Shown here: positions 1 to 8,444 of the stretch, piece after piece
Numbering within the stretch: the first letter of the stretch is position 1
Layout of the letters: each line of letters begins with the position of its first letter
Source: a bacterium
GTDB taxonomy: Bacteria; Hinthialibacterota; Hinthialibacteria; Hinthialibacterales; Hinthialibacteraceae
DNA length: 21,853 nucleotides
Direction of reading: 5' to 3'
Assembly: GCA_041946805.1 (NCBI GenBank)
Contig: JBHGBC010000100.1
Location: forward strand, 1 to 21,853
Made by a program: the position numbers and the translations under genes
The notes under the pieces: model-generated
Told to the model about the DNA's origin: nothing
Seen by the model: only the letters and a program-made list of their open reading frames with translations
The model's database searches: none

Positions 1-1272
1 AGGGGAAAAAGGATGCTGCTGCAAACTATCCTCAACCGGGTGCATAAAATCAAGGGATTTGTTTACGGGGCGGTGCATCAGGGGGAATGGGAAGGGGATC
101 CCACGCTGGAGATGGATGTGCGGCCGCGGGTGGGCAGCCGGGGGATCTGTGCGGGCTGCGGAAATAAACGTCCGGGGTATGACCGGCTCGAGCCCCGGCG
201 GTTTGAATTTCTGCCTTTTTGGGGCTTGCGGGTGTTCCTGGTGTACCGGATGCGGCGGGTGGACTGCCCCGCCTGCGGGGTGACGGTGGAGCGGGTGCCG
301 TGGGCGGAGGGGAAGAGCGAAACCACCCTGCGGTATCAGTGGTACCTGGCGGGGTGGGCCAAGCGGCTGTCCTGGCAGGAGGTAGCATCGGCGTTCCACA
401 CGAGTTGGCACATCGTGAGCCAGGCGGTGGAGATGGCGGTAGCCTGAGGGCAGACGCACCTGAATTTGGACGGGATCCAGGCGCTGGGGATCGACGAGAT
501 GCAATACGGGCGGGGCCACCAGTACCTGACGGCGGTGTATCAGATCGACGGGTGGAACCGGCGGTTGTTGTGGGTGGGGGAGAAGCGGACGGTGAAGACC
601 TTGCTGCGGTTTTTCCGGTGGCTGGGGGAGGAGCGGTCGGCGCGGGTGCGATACGTGTGCAGCGACATGTGGAAGGCGTATCTGAGCGTGGTGAAAAAGA
701 AAGCGGGGCAAGCGCTGCACATTCTGGACCGGTTTCATATCGTGACGCACACGAACAAGGCGGTGGATGAGGTGCGGGCGGAAGAAGCGCGGGAGTTGAG
801 CCGGGCGGGACAAGGGGCGGTGTTGAAGCGCAGCCGGTGGCTGTTTCTGAAGCGGGCGGAGAATCTGACGGCGAAGCAGGGGGAGCGGCTGGCGGAGATC
901 GTGCGGCACAATCTGCGGACGGTGCGGGCGTATCTGCTCAAGGAGGAGTTCCAGTTGTTCTGGGAGTACCGGTCGCCGTGGTGGGCGAGCCGTTTTCTGG
1001 ATTCGTGGTGCGAGAAAACGATGCGCTCGCGGATCGAGCCGATGAAGAAAGTGGCGCGGATGATACGGAGTCACCGGGAGTTGATTGTGAACTGGTTTCG
1101 GGCGCGGAAGGCGTTTTCCTCGGGGGTGGTGGAGGGCTTAAACAACAAAGCGAAATTGACCATGAAAAAATCGTATGGCTATAAGTCGTTTCAAACGCTG
1201 GAAGTCGCCTTGTATCATACCCTTGGGAATCTTCCCGAGCCGAAATTCACCCACAGTTTTTTTGGATGAGGC
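1..1272 (+). mobile_element. ISL3-family insertion sequence; right end at about 1272, left end outside the window
   Basis: The transposase stop lies within the terminal sequence …TTCACCCACAGTTTTTTTGGATGAGGC. Composition switches to the AT-rich tnpA sequence at 1273, and the tnpA reading frame stops resembling its family at exactly this point. Confidence 0.8.
13..1269 (+). pseudogene. ISL3-family transposase interrupted by a single in-frame TGA at 445-447
   Basis: ORFs 13..447 and 466..1269 are in the same frame (…GTA GCC TGA GGG CAG ACG CAC CTG AAT TTG GAC…). The N-terminal part has a zinc finger (CAGC…CPAC, VERVPWA). The C-terminal part has ISL3 DDE motifs: GIDE, VCSDMWKAY, LDRFHIV, SSGVVEGLNNKAK. 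Confidence 0.92.
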
Positions 1273-1710
1273 ATACCTTTTATCAATCGAAATCCCAGCC
1301 TCTACCAACAAGGCTCTCAATTCATCCCGGAATGATGTCAATTTGTGGTGATCTGCCTGTTTTTTTATGTATTCAATTAACATTGCTTTATCCTTTATGG
1401 AATGGGTAAACGCGCCATATCCTTCCTGCCAACACATAAAATCTGGGAAAATTTTGTTTTTCTTAATCCATAACGTGGTGATTGTTTTGATATTTTTAAC
1501 AAAATCGGATATACATAGGGTAGGATGAATAGATGTCAGTATATGCAAATGATCCTCTACGCCATTGATGCGGTATAAATGAGATTTGTTTTTCTTGATT
1601 AGTCCCCAAATATAGTAGTAAAGCTGTTCCCTCTTTTCCTTGAGCAGGCACGGAACGCGGTTTTTGGTCGAAAACACGATATGATAAATCAACTGGGTAT
1701 AGGTTGCCAT
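1138..1710 (-). CDS. tnpA: IS200/IS605-family HUH (Y1) transposase TnpA; native part 1273-1710 (146 aa), last 44 aa read through into the ISL3 end
   Basis: YHIVFSTKNR, HUH motif DHLHIL, WQEGYGAF, catalytic Tyr in EYIKKQADHH, and a family-typical end LLVEAGISIDKRY. Clearly lower GC than the flanking genes. Confidence 0.9.
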   Translation of the reverse strand: MATYTQLIYHIVFSTKNRVPCLLKEKREQLYYYIWGLIKKNKSHLYRINGVEDHLHILTSIHPTLCISDFVKNIKTITTLWIKKNKIFPDFMCWQEGYGAFTHSIKDKAMLIEYIKKQADHHKLTSFRDELRALLVEAGISIDKRYASSKKTVGEFRLGKIPKGMIQGDFQRLKRLIAIRFFHGQFRFVV

Positions 1711-1770
1711 GATTGCCTATGTTCTTCCCCAATCCTCAACCAGAGGTAATGAAGCCGTAGATCAACCCGC

Positions 1771-1817
1771 CGTAGGTTAAAACCTACGTCTATATAACTG
1801 GAATCCCTACGGGATTC
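1771..1817. repeat. Tandem double hairpin upstream of tnpA (candidate TnpA recognition end / REP-like)
   Basis: CGTAGGTT-AA-AACCTACG (1771-1788), a 12-nt spacer, then GAATCCC-TAC-GGGATTC (1801-1817). Both are perfect inverted repeats. Confidence 0.75.
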
Positions 1818-1842
1818 AAAATGCAGATTGGAAGGTTGATAG

Positions 1843-1898
1843 ATCCCCCCGCGGATACTCCTTCCCTCCAGTCCCGGAATATCCGCGGGAGGATTTTT
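1843..1898 (+). terminator. Long stem-loop followed by a T-tract (intrinsic-terminator-like) at the 3' end of the convergent oxidoreductase gene
   Basis: ATCCCCCCGCGGATA (1843-1857) pairs with TATCCGCGGGAGGAT (1880-1894) with one mismatch. The loop is pyrimidine-rich and TTTT follows on the + strand. Confidence 0.55.
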
Positions 1899-1902
1899 GT
1901 CC

Positions 1903-3276
1903 TTACGCCAGGGTCCAGCCGGGGCGGTAGCCGCGGCGGATGAAGCGGTCCGCCTCGGGCGCGTTGGCGGCGCGCAGGGATTGGGGGTCCCATTCCAATT
2001 TCTTCCCGGTCCGGTACGCCACGTTGCCGAGATGGTTGTTTTCCGTCAGCCAGCCGGCGTATTGGAAGTTGCAGGTCGTGGGCGCGCCGGTCTTGCAGGC
2101 GTGGATCCATTCCTGGTGATGTCCCAGCGATTCGGGGATGAACGGCTCGGGGCGCTTGAATTCCTGGTAGCCTTCCTGCAGCAGCAGGATGTGCTTGCCG
2201 TAGTCCGACAGCAGCATGCTGTTCTCGCCCACGAACAACACCCCGTCGCCCCAGGGCGGGATGATCCCCTTCTTGAAGGCTTCGGGCTTGTTGACGCCTT
2301 GGTACCAGGTGAGTTCCACCGGCGGCCGCCCGTCGCGCGCGCCGTAGGTGTATTTCACCTGCATGGAGGCCGGGGCGATTTCGGGATGCGGCGCGGGGCC
2401 GGACGCCTCGATGGTCCGGGGATAGTCGAGGTTCAACGCCCAGAAGGGCAGGTCGATCCAGTGGCTGCCCAGGTCCGACATGGTTCCGTTGCCGAAATCC
2501 CACCAGCGGTACCACTTGGGCCCCGGAAAGTAGACGTTGTTGAACGGGCGCGCGGGCGCGGGGCCGAGCCACAGGTCCCAATCGAGCCCCTCGGGGATCG
2601 GATCCGCCTCGGCGGGGCGTTCCGTCACGCAGACGATATCATGCGCCTGCTTGCAGGCCTCTTCCGACTCGTGCCGTCCCCAGGCGCGCGATACCCACAC
2701 GTGGACTTCCTTGACCGCCCCGATCTGGCCGGACTGGATCAATTCGACCACCCGGCGGTAGTTGCCGCCGGCGTGGATCTGAGTGCCCATCTGGGTGGCC
2801 ACCTTGGCCTTGGCGGCGGCTTCGCGGATGACGCGCGCCTCCCACACGCTGTGCGTGAGGGGCTTTTCGCAGTACACGTGCTTGCCGAGCTGCAGCGCGG
2901 GCAGGGTGGCGAAGGCGTGGGTGTGCTCGCAGGTGCTGACCACGACCGCGTCGAATTCGTCCGCGTGATCATACAGCCGGCGGAAATCGGACACCTGGCG
3001 GGCCTTGGGGCATTTCTCCGCCGCCGCGGCCAGGCTCTTCCCGTTCACGTCGCTGAGCGCGGTGATGTTCTCGGAAGCGACCGATTGCAGGTTGCCCATG
3101 CCGCGTCCGCCCGTGCCGATGATGGCGATGTCGAGGCGGTCGTTGAGATTCTGCCCCCGCGCGATCATCGGGCCGGCCAGCGTGGCCGCGCCCGCGGCCG
3201 CCGCCCACGTGCCCAGGAAATTCCGCCGTGAAAGAGGATATTGGGTTTTGGATGAGGAAGCGCCGTTGAATTTCAT
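1903..3276 (-). CDS. Gfo/Idh/MocA-family NAD(P)-dependent oxidoreductase with Tat signal peptide
   Basis: Tat motif SRRNFL; Rossmann motif [41 protein letters not shown]. Start placed at ATG 3276, with GAAAGGA upstream. Confidence 0.92.
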   Translation of the reverse strand: MKFNGASSSKTQYPLSRRNFLGTWAAAAGAATLAGPMIARGQNLNDRLDIAIIGTGGRGMGNLQSVASENITALSDVNGKSLAAAAEKCPKARQVSDFRRLYDHADEFDAVVVSTCEHTHAFATLPALQLGKHVYCEKPLTHSVWEARVIREAAAKAKVATQMGTQIHAGGNYRRVVELIQSGQIGAVKEVHVWVSRAWGRHESEEACKQAHDIVCVTERPAEADPIPEGLDWDLWLGPAPARPFNNVYFPGPKWYRWWDFGNGTMSDLGSHWIDLPFWALNLDYPRTIEASGPAPHPEIAPASMQVKYTYGARDGRPPVELTWYQGVNKPEAFKKGIIPPWGDGVLFVGENSMLLSDYGKHILLLQEGYQEFKRPEPFIPESLGHHQEWIHACKTGAPTTCNFQYAGWLTENNHLGNVAYRTGKKLEWDPQSLRAANAPEADRFIRRGYRPGWTLA

Positions 3277-3472
3277 GGTGAATGAATCCTTTCCCGGATG
3301 TGAAAAACCAATTCCGAGTCCATCATGCAAAATTATCCCTGAAAAGTAAATAGAACGGGTTCACCTGTCCCGCGTGTTCACAACTCTCCCTCCAGGTTTC
3401 CCGCATTGACGAACGACGCGTCCCTGTGGAATGATGCCATCTCGGTTCCATGCCAATTCCCAGGGGATGAAC

Positions 3473-4825
3473 ATGAACGCAGCAGGTCAAATCCACGCAA
3501 CGGCGATCCCGGCAACTCTCATTCGCAATCCTCCGGATAGTGTATGGTCCTCCCTGCGTTATTTAGGGCCGGGATTGATTCTCTCGGCGGCCATCGTGGG
3601 CTCGGGCGAGTTGATCGCCACCACGGCGCTGGGGGCCAAGGCCGGATTCGCCCTGCTATGGATGATCCTGTTCGGATGCCTGGTGAAGGTGGCGGTGCAG
3701 TTGGAATACGGGCGGAACTGCATTTGTCACGGCCAGCCGACCTACCAGGCCTGGAGCCGGGGAGGAGGAATCCAAATCCTGGGCGTGCATTGGACGGTGT
3801 TCATCGCCGTGTTGTATATGATCTCGATTTTTGTAGGCCAGGCGGGGGTGTTGGGCGGCGCGGCGCAAGTGGCGGCCTATGCGTTTCCTCAGGTTCCCTT
3901 GGAACAATGGGTGATCATCCTGGTGCTGACCTTGGGCCTCTTGGTCTTTCACGGAAAATACGCACCGGTGGAGATCCTCGCCGCGGGGATGAATTTCATC
4001 TTCGTGGCGGCGGTGCTTTATTGTGTCATCGCCGTGCAGTGGACACCTTATGCGTATTCCTTGAAGGACCTGGCGGGCGGATTTTTGTTCCACTGGTCGC
4101 CCGAACTGGCTCCCCTGGCCTTGGCGGCCTTTGGGATCACCGGCGTGGCGGCGGGAGAGATCACGGCCTATCCCTATTGGTGCCTGGAGAAAGGCTACGC
4201 CGCCTGGACCGGGCCGCGGGAGGATACGGACGAATGGGCGCGGCGGGCGCGGGGGTGGATCCGCGTGATGACCATGGACGCGATGGTGTCCATGGTGGTC
4301 TATACGTTGATGACCTGCGCCTTTTACGTGCTGGGGGCGGCGGTGCTGCGCGGCCAACCGGCGCTGGCGGACGGCAACGAGTTCATCGTGCAGCTGTCAG
4401 TCCTGTTCACGGAGATTCTGGGGGAAGGGGCGCGGGACATCTTCATGCTATGCGCCTTCACGGTGCTGTTTTCGACGGTCTTTTCGAACACGGCGGGATT
4501 TTCACGGATGTGGACGGATTATTTCGGCTTGCGGGGCTGGATCGACTGGCGTGACGAAAAGCAGCGCCGGTTTTCGATTTCGCTGATGGCCTGGATTTTC
4601 CCGGCCTTTTGTGGATTGGCGTATCTGACGGTGCAGAAGCCGCTGCTGCTGGTGAAGTTCATGGGGATATGCAACGCGCTGTTCCTGATCGTCGTCGCCT
4701 GCCAAGCCATGAGGTTCCGCTACCGGCAAACCGATCCCCGCTTGCGGCCCTCACAATTCTACGACGTGGCCTTGTGGTTGAGCCTGTTTTCCATCGGATA
4801 CCTGGCCATACGGGCGGTGTGGTGA
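3473..4825 (+). CDS. Nramp/MntH-like (YcsG-type) secondary transporter, substrate uncertain
   Basis: LGPGLILSAAIVGSGELI…GAKAGFALLW N-terminal signature and about 11 hydrophobic segments. It lacks the canonical DPGN motif. Start chosen after the AGGGG RBS; 3431 and 3467 are alternatives. Confidence 0.8.
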   Translation: MNAAGQIHATAIPATLIRNPPDSVWSSLRYLGPGLILSAAIVGSGELIATTALGAKAGFALLWMILFGCLVKVAVQLEYGRNCICHGQPTYQAWSRGGGIQILGVHWTVFIAVLYMISIFVGQAGVLGGAAQVAAYAFPQVPLEQWVIILVLTLGLLVFHGKYAPVEILAAGMNFIFVAAVLYCVIAVQWTPYAYSLKDLAGGFLFHWSPELAPLALAAFGITGVAAGEITAYPYWCLEKGYAAWTGPREDTDEWARRARGWIRVMTMDAMVSMVVYTLMTCAFYVLGAAVLRGQPALADGNEFIVQLSVLFTEILGEGARDIFMLCAFTVLFSTVFSNTAGFSRMWTDYFGLRGWIDWRDEKQRRFSISLMAWIFPAFCGLAYLTVQKPLLLVKFMGICNALFLIVVACQAMRFRYRQTDPRLRPSQFYDVALWLSLFSIGYLAIRAVW

Positions 4826-5028
4826 TGGTCCATTGATGAGTGAAGGAGATACGGGCGGACACCAGGATTCGTTCCCGCAAGGTTCTCTCATCCTGGTTCT
4901 CTCCCCGCGTGTGGAGAACGGAATAGAATGATCCCATGGCAGGAAAATAAGGTTTGTCTGGTAAGTGCGTTCCTGGAGGTGAGGCAGGATTTCAGATTCT
5001 TGATGGCTAGGTTCACTTTTAAAAAATA

Positions 5029-5062
5029 CCCTCACCCTGGCCCTCTCCCCGAGGGAGAGGGG
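5029..5062 (+). repeat. BoxC-like pyrimidine/purine palindromic repeat (CCCTCACCC…CCCTCTCCC…GGGAGAGGG family)
   Basis: CCCTCACCCTGGCCCTCTCCCCGAGGGAGAGGGG. Related copies occur at 8593, 14901, 15072, 15270, 17609, 19775 and 21566. Confidence 0.85.
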
Positions 5063-5169
5063 AAGGGGGAAAGTACTGTAAAGCCGGTTCGATGGGAGTG
5101 CCGGTTACATCTCTGGCGCAAGAACGCGCTTACCGGATGAATCTGGACATTCGAAAACGAGTCCCAATC

Positions 5170-6432
5170 ATGACCCTATTTCCCCGCATGGCGGTGGTGG
5201 AGCAAGAATTCCCCCGGCCGCGTGTTGACACGATCGATGAGCGAATCCGGGAATGTCTGAGCGGCGGGATTCCCGCGGCCAAGCTGAAGGGCAAACGCGC
5301 CGCCGTCACGGTGGGCAGCCGGGGCATCGCGGATTTGGAGGCGATCGTCCGGGCGGTGGTGAGAACGTTGCGCGAGGCGGGCGCGGAGCCGTTCCTAGTT
5401 CCGGCCATGGGTTCGCATGGCGGGGGCGTGGCGGAAGAGCAGACGAAGATCCTCGCCGATTACGGTGTGACTCCGGAACGCGTGGGCGCGCCGGTGCGGT
5501 CGTCGCTCGAAACGGTCTGCCTGGGGAAAACGGCCGATGGATTGCCCGTGTTCATGGACCGGAACGCCTGCGAGGCGGACGGTATCGTGGTCCTCAACCG
5601 GATCAAGCCGCATACGGACTTCAGCGGCGCGGTGGAGAGCGGGCTGCTCAAGATGATGGTGGTGGGGCTGGGGAAAGTGGACGGCGCGCGGATGTTCCAC
5701 GGCCGGACCATTGCCTATCCGCATGACTATATGGTCCAAACCATCAGCCGGGTGATTTTGGCGAGCGGCAAGATCCTGGGCGGGCTGGCGATTTTGGAAA
5801 ACGCGTATCACGAAGTGGCCGAGCTGGAATGGGTACCGCCCGCGGGCATGGAGGAGCGGGAAAAACAACTGCTGCTCCGCGCCAAGGAACTGATGCCGTC
5901 CTTGCCCATCGCGAAGGCCGATCTCCTCATCGTGGACCGGATCGGGAAGAACATCAGCGGGGTGGGGATGGATCCCAATATCACGGGGCGCTGGTACCGG
6001 GTTCATTCCCGCTGGCAGAAATCGCCGGACATCACGCGGATCGTGGTGCTGGACCTGACGGAAGAGTCGTTGGGCAACGCGGCGGGCATCGGGCTGGCGG
6101 ATTTTTGCAGCCGGCGGGTGGTCGAGAAGCTGGACCGCCCGGCCACCTACCTCAACTCCGTTACTTCGCTGAACACGATCGCCGCGAACATTCCGCTATA
6201 TTATGACACGGACCAGGAGATGATGGAGCAAATGATTCTCTCGCTGGGGGATGTGGACCGCGCGAATTTACGGATGTTACGGATTCGGGATACGCTGCAA
6301 ATCGACCGGTTCGAGGCTTCGGAAGCGTTGTGGCCGGAGTTGCGGAACCATTCGCGCGTGACCGGGATCGGAGAGCCCCACGAATTGGCGTTCGACGAAT
6401 CCGGCACACTGCGGCCCGGTTTGATTTCTTAA
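5170..6432 (+). CDS. Lactate-racemase (LarA)-like / DUF2088-domain protein, putative nickel-pincer-dependent isomerase
   Basis: Motifs VTVGSRGI, PAMGSHGG, NRIKPHTDF, ESGLLKM..VGLGK, GKNISG.GMD.NI.GR and GNA.GIG.ADF. Start uncertain (5137 or 5170). Confidence 0.75.
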   Translation: MTLFPRMAVVEQEFPRPRVDTIDERIRECLSGGIPAAKLKGKRAAVTVGSRGIADLEAIVRAVVRTLREAGAEPFLVPAMGSHGGGVAEEQTKILADYGVTPERVGAPVRSSLETVCLGKTADGLPVFMDRNACEADGIVVLNRIKPHTDFSGAVESGLLKMMVVGLGKVDGARMFHGRTIAYPHDYMVQTISRVILASGKILGGLAILENAYHEVAELEWVPPAGMEEREKQLLLRAKELMPSLPIAKADLLIVDRIGKNISGVGMDPNITGRWYRVHSRWQKSPDITRIVVLDLTEESLGNAAGIGLADFCSRRVVEKLDRPATYLNSVTSLNTIAANIPLYYDTDQEMMEQMILSLGDVDRANLRMLRIRDTLQIDRFEASEALWPELRNHSRVTGIGEPHELAFDESGTLRPGLIS

Positions 6433-6492
6433 TGATTGATCCAGACCGCCGATAAGAGACAATAGGAACGCAATCCCCATGCTGCACCTTTT

Positions 6493-6515
6493 GTGGCGCC
6501 GGCATCCTGTCTGCA
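6493..6515 (+). repeat. GTGG-type REP-like palindrome (degenerate)
   Basis: GTGGCGCCGGCATCCTGTCTGCA resembles GTGGTGCAGGCATCCTGCCTGC, the reverse complement of 21824-21845. Confidence 0.6.
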
Positions 6516-6536
6516 TTTGAGCCGATAAGGAAGAGT

Positions 6537-7763
6537 ATGAACGCGATCCCCACGCTTTTTTCACGAAAATCGGAACAACCCGTCATTTTGGGCGGAGAAC
6601 CGTTGGGCCGGACTCCCCTGCCGTTTGTGCGCCCGCAATTGCCGCCGCTGGAGGAATTGGAGAGCCCGTACCGCGAGATCTTGAGCAACGGCATGGTGAC
6701 CACCGGCCCCAGCGCGGAGCGTCTGGGTGAGGCCCTGCGCGCGCGCCTGGGCGTGCGCCATGCGGTGGCGGTGTCGAGCTGCACCACCGGCTTGCTGCTG
6801 GCCGTGCAGGCGCTGAATCTCCCGCGCGGTTCCGTGGCGATTCTTCCCAGCTTCACCTTCATGGCCACGGCGTTGGGGGCGGTGTGGAACGGCCTCCGGA
6901 TCCGCTTCGTGGACGTGGACCGGGAGACGATGAATATCGATCCGGCGCGGGTGGAGGAGGCCGTGGCGGCGGATACTTCGCTGATTATCGGCGTGCATCA
7001 ATTCGGCGCGCCCGCCCCGGTGGAGGCCTTGCAGCGCATCGCGGACAAGCAGGGTATTCCCCTTTTGTTCGACGCGGCGCATGGGTTCGGATCGCTGCGC
7101 CAGGGTCAACCGTTGGGCGGCAACGGGCGGGTGGAAGTGTTCAGCCTGTCGCCGACCAAATTGCTGATCGCGGCCGAGGGGGGGATTGTGGCGTCGAACG
7201 ATGAGGTGATCGCCGGGCATGTCCGGATCGGGCGCAACTATGGCAATCCCGGAAACTACGATTGCTTGTTTCCCGGAATGAACGCCCGGATGAGCGAACT
7301 GCACGCCATCCTGGCCCTGAAATCGCTGGAGCGGCTGGAAGAGGCGGCGGTCAACCGCAACCGCTCGGCGAATCTCTATCGTGAATTGCTGCGAAATGTT
7401 CCGGGTGTTTCGTTTCAGAAAATCCAGGAAAACGACCGTTCCTCGTTCAAGGATTTTTCAATCGTGGTGGATGAGCGCGCGTTTGGACTGACGCGGGATC
7501 AATTGGCGCGGGCGTTGGCGGCGGAGGGAATCCACACGCGGGTGTATTACGCGCCGGTGCTGCACAAGATGGAGGCTTTCCGCCCATACGCCGGAGAAAA
7601 TGCGGACGCGGAGTTGCCGAATACCCTCTATCTGGAATCCCACGCCTTGAGCTTGCCGATGTATTCGGACATGAGGGATGAAGAAATCGAACGCGTGGCC
7701 GCCAGCCTGGTCCGCGTTCAACGCCATGCCGCGCCAATCGCTGCCTTGAATCTGAATGCCTGA
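6537..7763 (+). CDS. DegT/DnrJ/EryC1/StrS-family PLP-dependent sugar aminotransferase
   Basis: AVAVSSCTTGL, PSFTFMAT, FVDVD, FDAAHGFG, FSLSPTKLL (PLP lysine), EGG, GMNARMSE and LSLPM. RBS AAGGAAG. Confidence 0.93.
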   Translation: MNAIPTLFSRKSEQPVILGGEPLGRTPLPFVRPQLPPLEELESPYREILSNGMVTTGPSAERLGEALRARLGVRHAVAVSSCTTGLLLAVQALNLPRGSVAILPSFTFMATALGAVWNGLRIRFVDVDRETMNIDPARVEEAVAADTSLIIGVHQFGAPAPVEALQRIADKQGIPLLFDAAHGFGSLRQGQPLGGNGRVEVFSLSPTKLLIAAEGGIVASNDEVIAGHVRIGRNYGNPGNYDCLFPGMNARMSELHAILALKSLERLEEAAVNRNRSANLYRELLRNVPGVSFQKIQENDRSSFKDFSIVVDERAFGLTRDQLARALAAEGIHTRVYYAPVLHKMEAFRPYAGENADAELPNTLYLESHALSLPMYSDMRDEEIERVAASLVRVQRHAAPIAALNLNA

Positions 7764-7775
7764 GGTTCCATTCCC

Positions 7776-7828
7776 ATAAAAAAGAGGGAGAACGCGGCGG
7801 CGCTGCTCCATCGCCCCCCGCGTTGTTC
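7776..7828 (-). terminator. Probable intrinsic terminator for the minus-strand orphan gene (possibly bidirectional)
   Basis: AAAAAA precedes an imperfect stem AACGCGG…CCGCGTT located between convergent genes. Confidence 0.5.
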
Positions 7829-7854
7829 CAGGCCTGTTGCTTCTAGGCCGCCTT

Positions 7855-8292
7855 CTAAGTCGCCACTTTTTTCAGGGCGGAATGGGCCGATCCGGCCAGG
7901 CTGGTTTTCATCGGAACGCGAAGGGGTTGGGTACGCGCTGGTAAAGGCTCGATATGGCCAATATGGGCGGGGGCGGATTCCTGAGGATGCATAAGCAATC
8001 CCGGGGCGGAGCAGGGGGTGAGGGAGGCCGATCGGGAATGATCGGTGGAGGGAAGAATGGAGTGAGCGGATTGCGAGGGTACGTGGCCGGCCGGTGGGTT
8101 GTTTTGCATCCGGTTGAGGTTATTGACGCAGCTCAGGTATTGCCGGAGCGTGGAGAGATACAAGCGCATCAAGGCCATGACTTTGGGATCCAGGAGTTCT
8201 TTCTGCTGTTTCAATTCCTGGATGATTTTGGTGAGAAGGTTTTCGAGATCCTGAATGATTTGAGTCTCGAAGGAGGATTCAGAGGAGGCCAT
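7855..8292 (-). CDS. Hypothetical protein (helical N-terminal region, P/S/H-rich disordered tail)
   Basis: RBS-like GAGGA before the ATG, amphipathic helical N-terminus and a downstream terminator. No family recognised. Confidence 0.55.
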   Translation of the reverse strand: MASSESSFETQIIQDLENLLTKIIQELKQQKELLDPKVMALMRLYLSTLRQYLSCVNNLNRMQNNPPAGHVPSQSAHSILPSTDHSRSASLTPCSAPGLLMHPQESAPAHIGHIEPLPARTQPLRVPMKTSLAGSAHSALKKVAT

Positions 8293-8444
8293 GGTTATAT
8301 CCTCGCGAGCGTTCTAGATTCCATCCGCCGGAAAAAGGTTACTACTTATAGAGAGGCAACCGCAAAAAAGGGGGATTAAAAAAGGTTCGTCCGGCGAGGA
8401 CGTATACCCAAAGTTCCATGCACAGGGTTAGACCAAGGATAGCC

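Noticed and set aside
445..447. TGA recoding (genetic code 4/25 or selenocysteine)
   Set aside because: Many genes here end properly at TGA (4825, 7763, 10141, 17583) and use TGG for Trp. The expected residue is Trp rather than Cys, and I see no convincing SECIS.
1711..1900. tnpB or omega-RNA associated with the IS200/IS605 tnpA
   Set aside because: No TnpB/IscB ORF is present in the window. The region downstream of tnpA is displaced by the ISL3 and cannot be assessed.
1897..3231. Long antisense or alternate-frame ORFs (also 3544-4554, 13678-14730, 15820-16929, 19030-19941, 20339-21430)
   Set aside because: These are shadow ORFs of GC-rich genes. They overlap well-supported CDSs and contain no recognisable motifs.
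3330..3470. Metal-sensing riboswitch (yybP-ykoY or NiCo) upstream of the Nramp-like gene
   Set aside because: I could not identify the conserved motifs or a supporting fold by eye.
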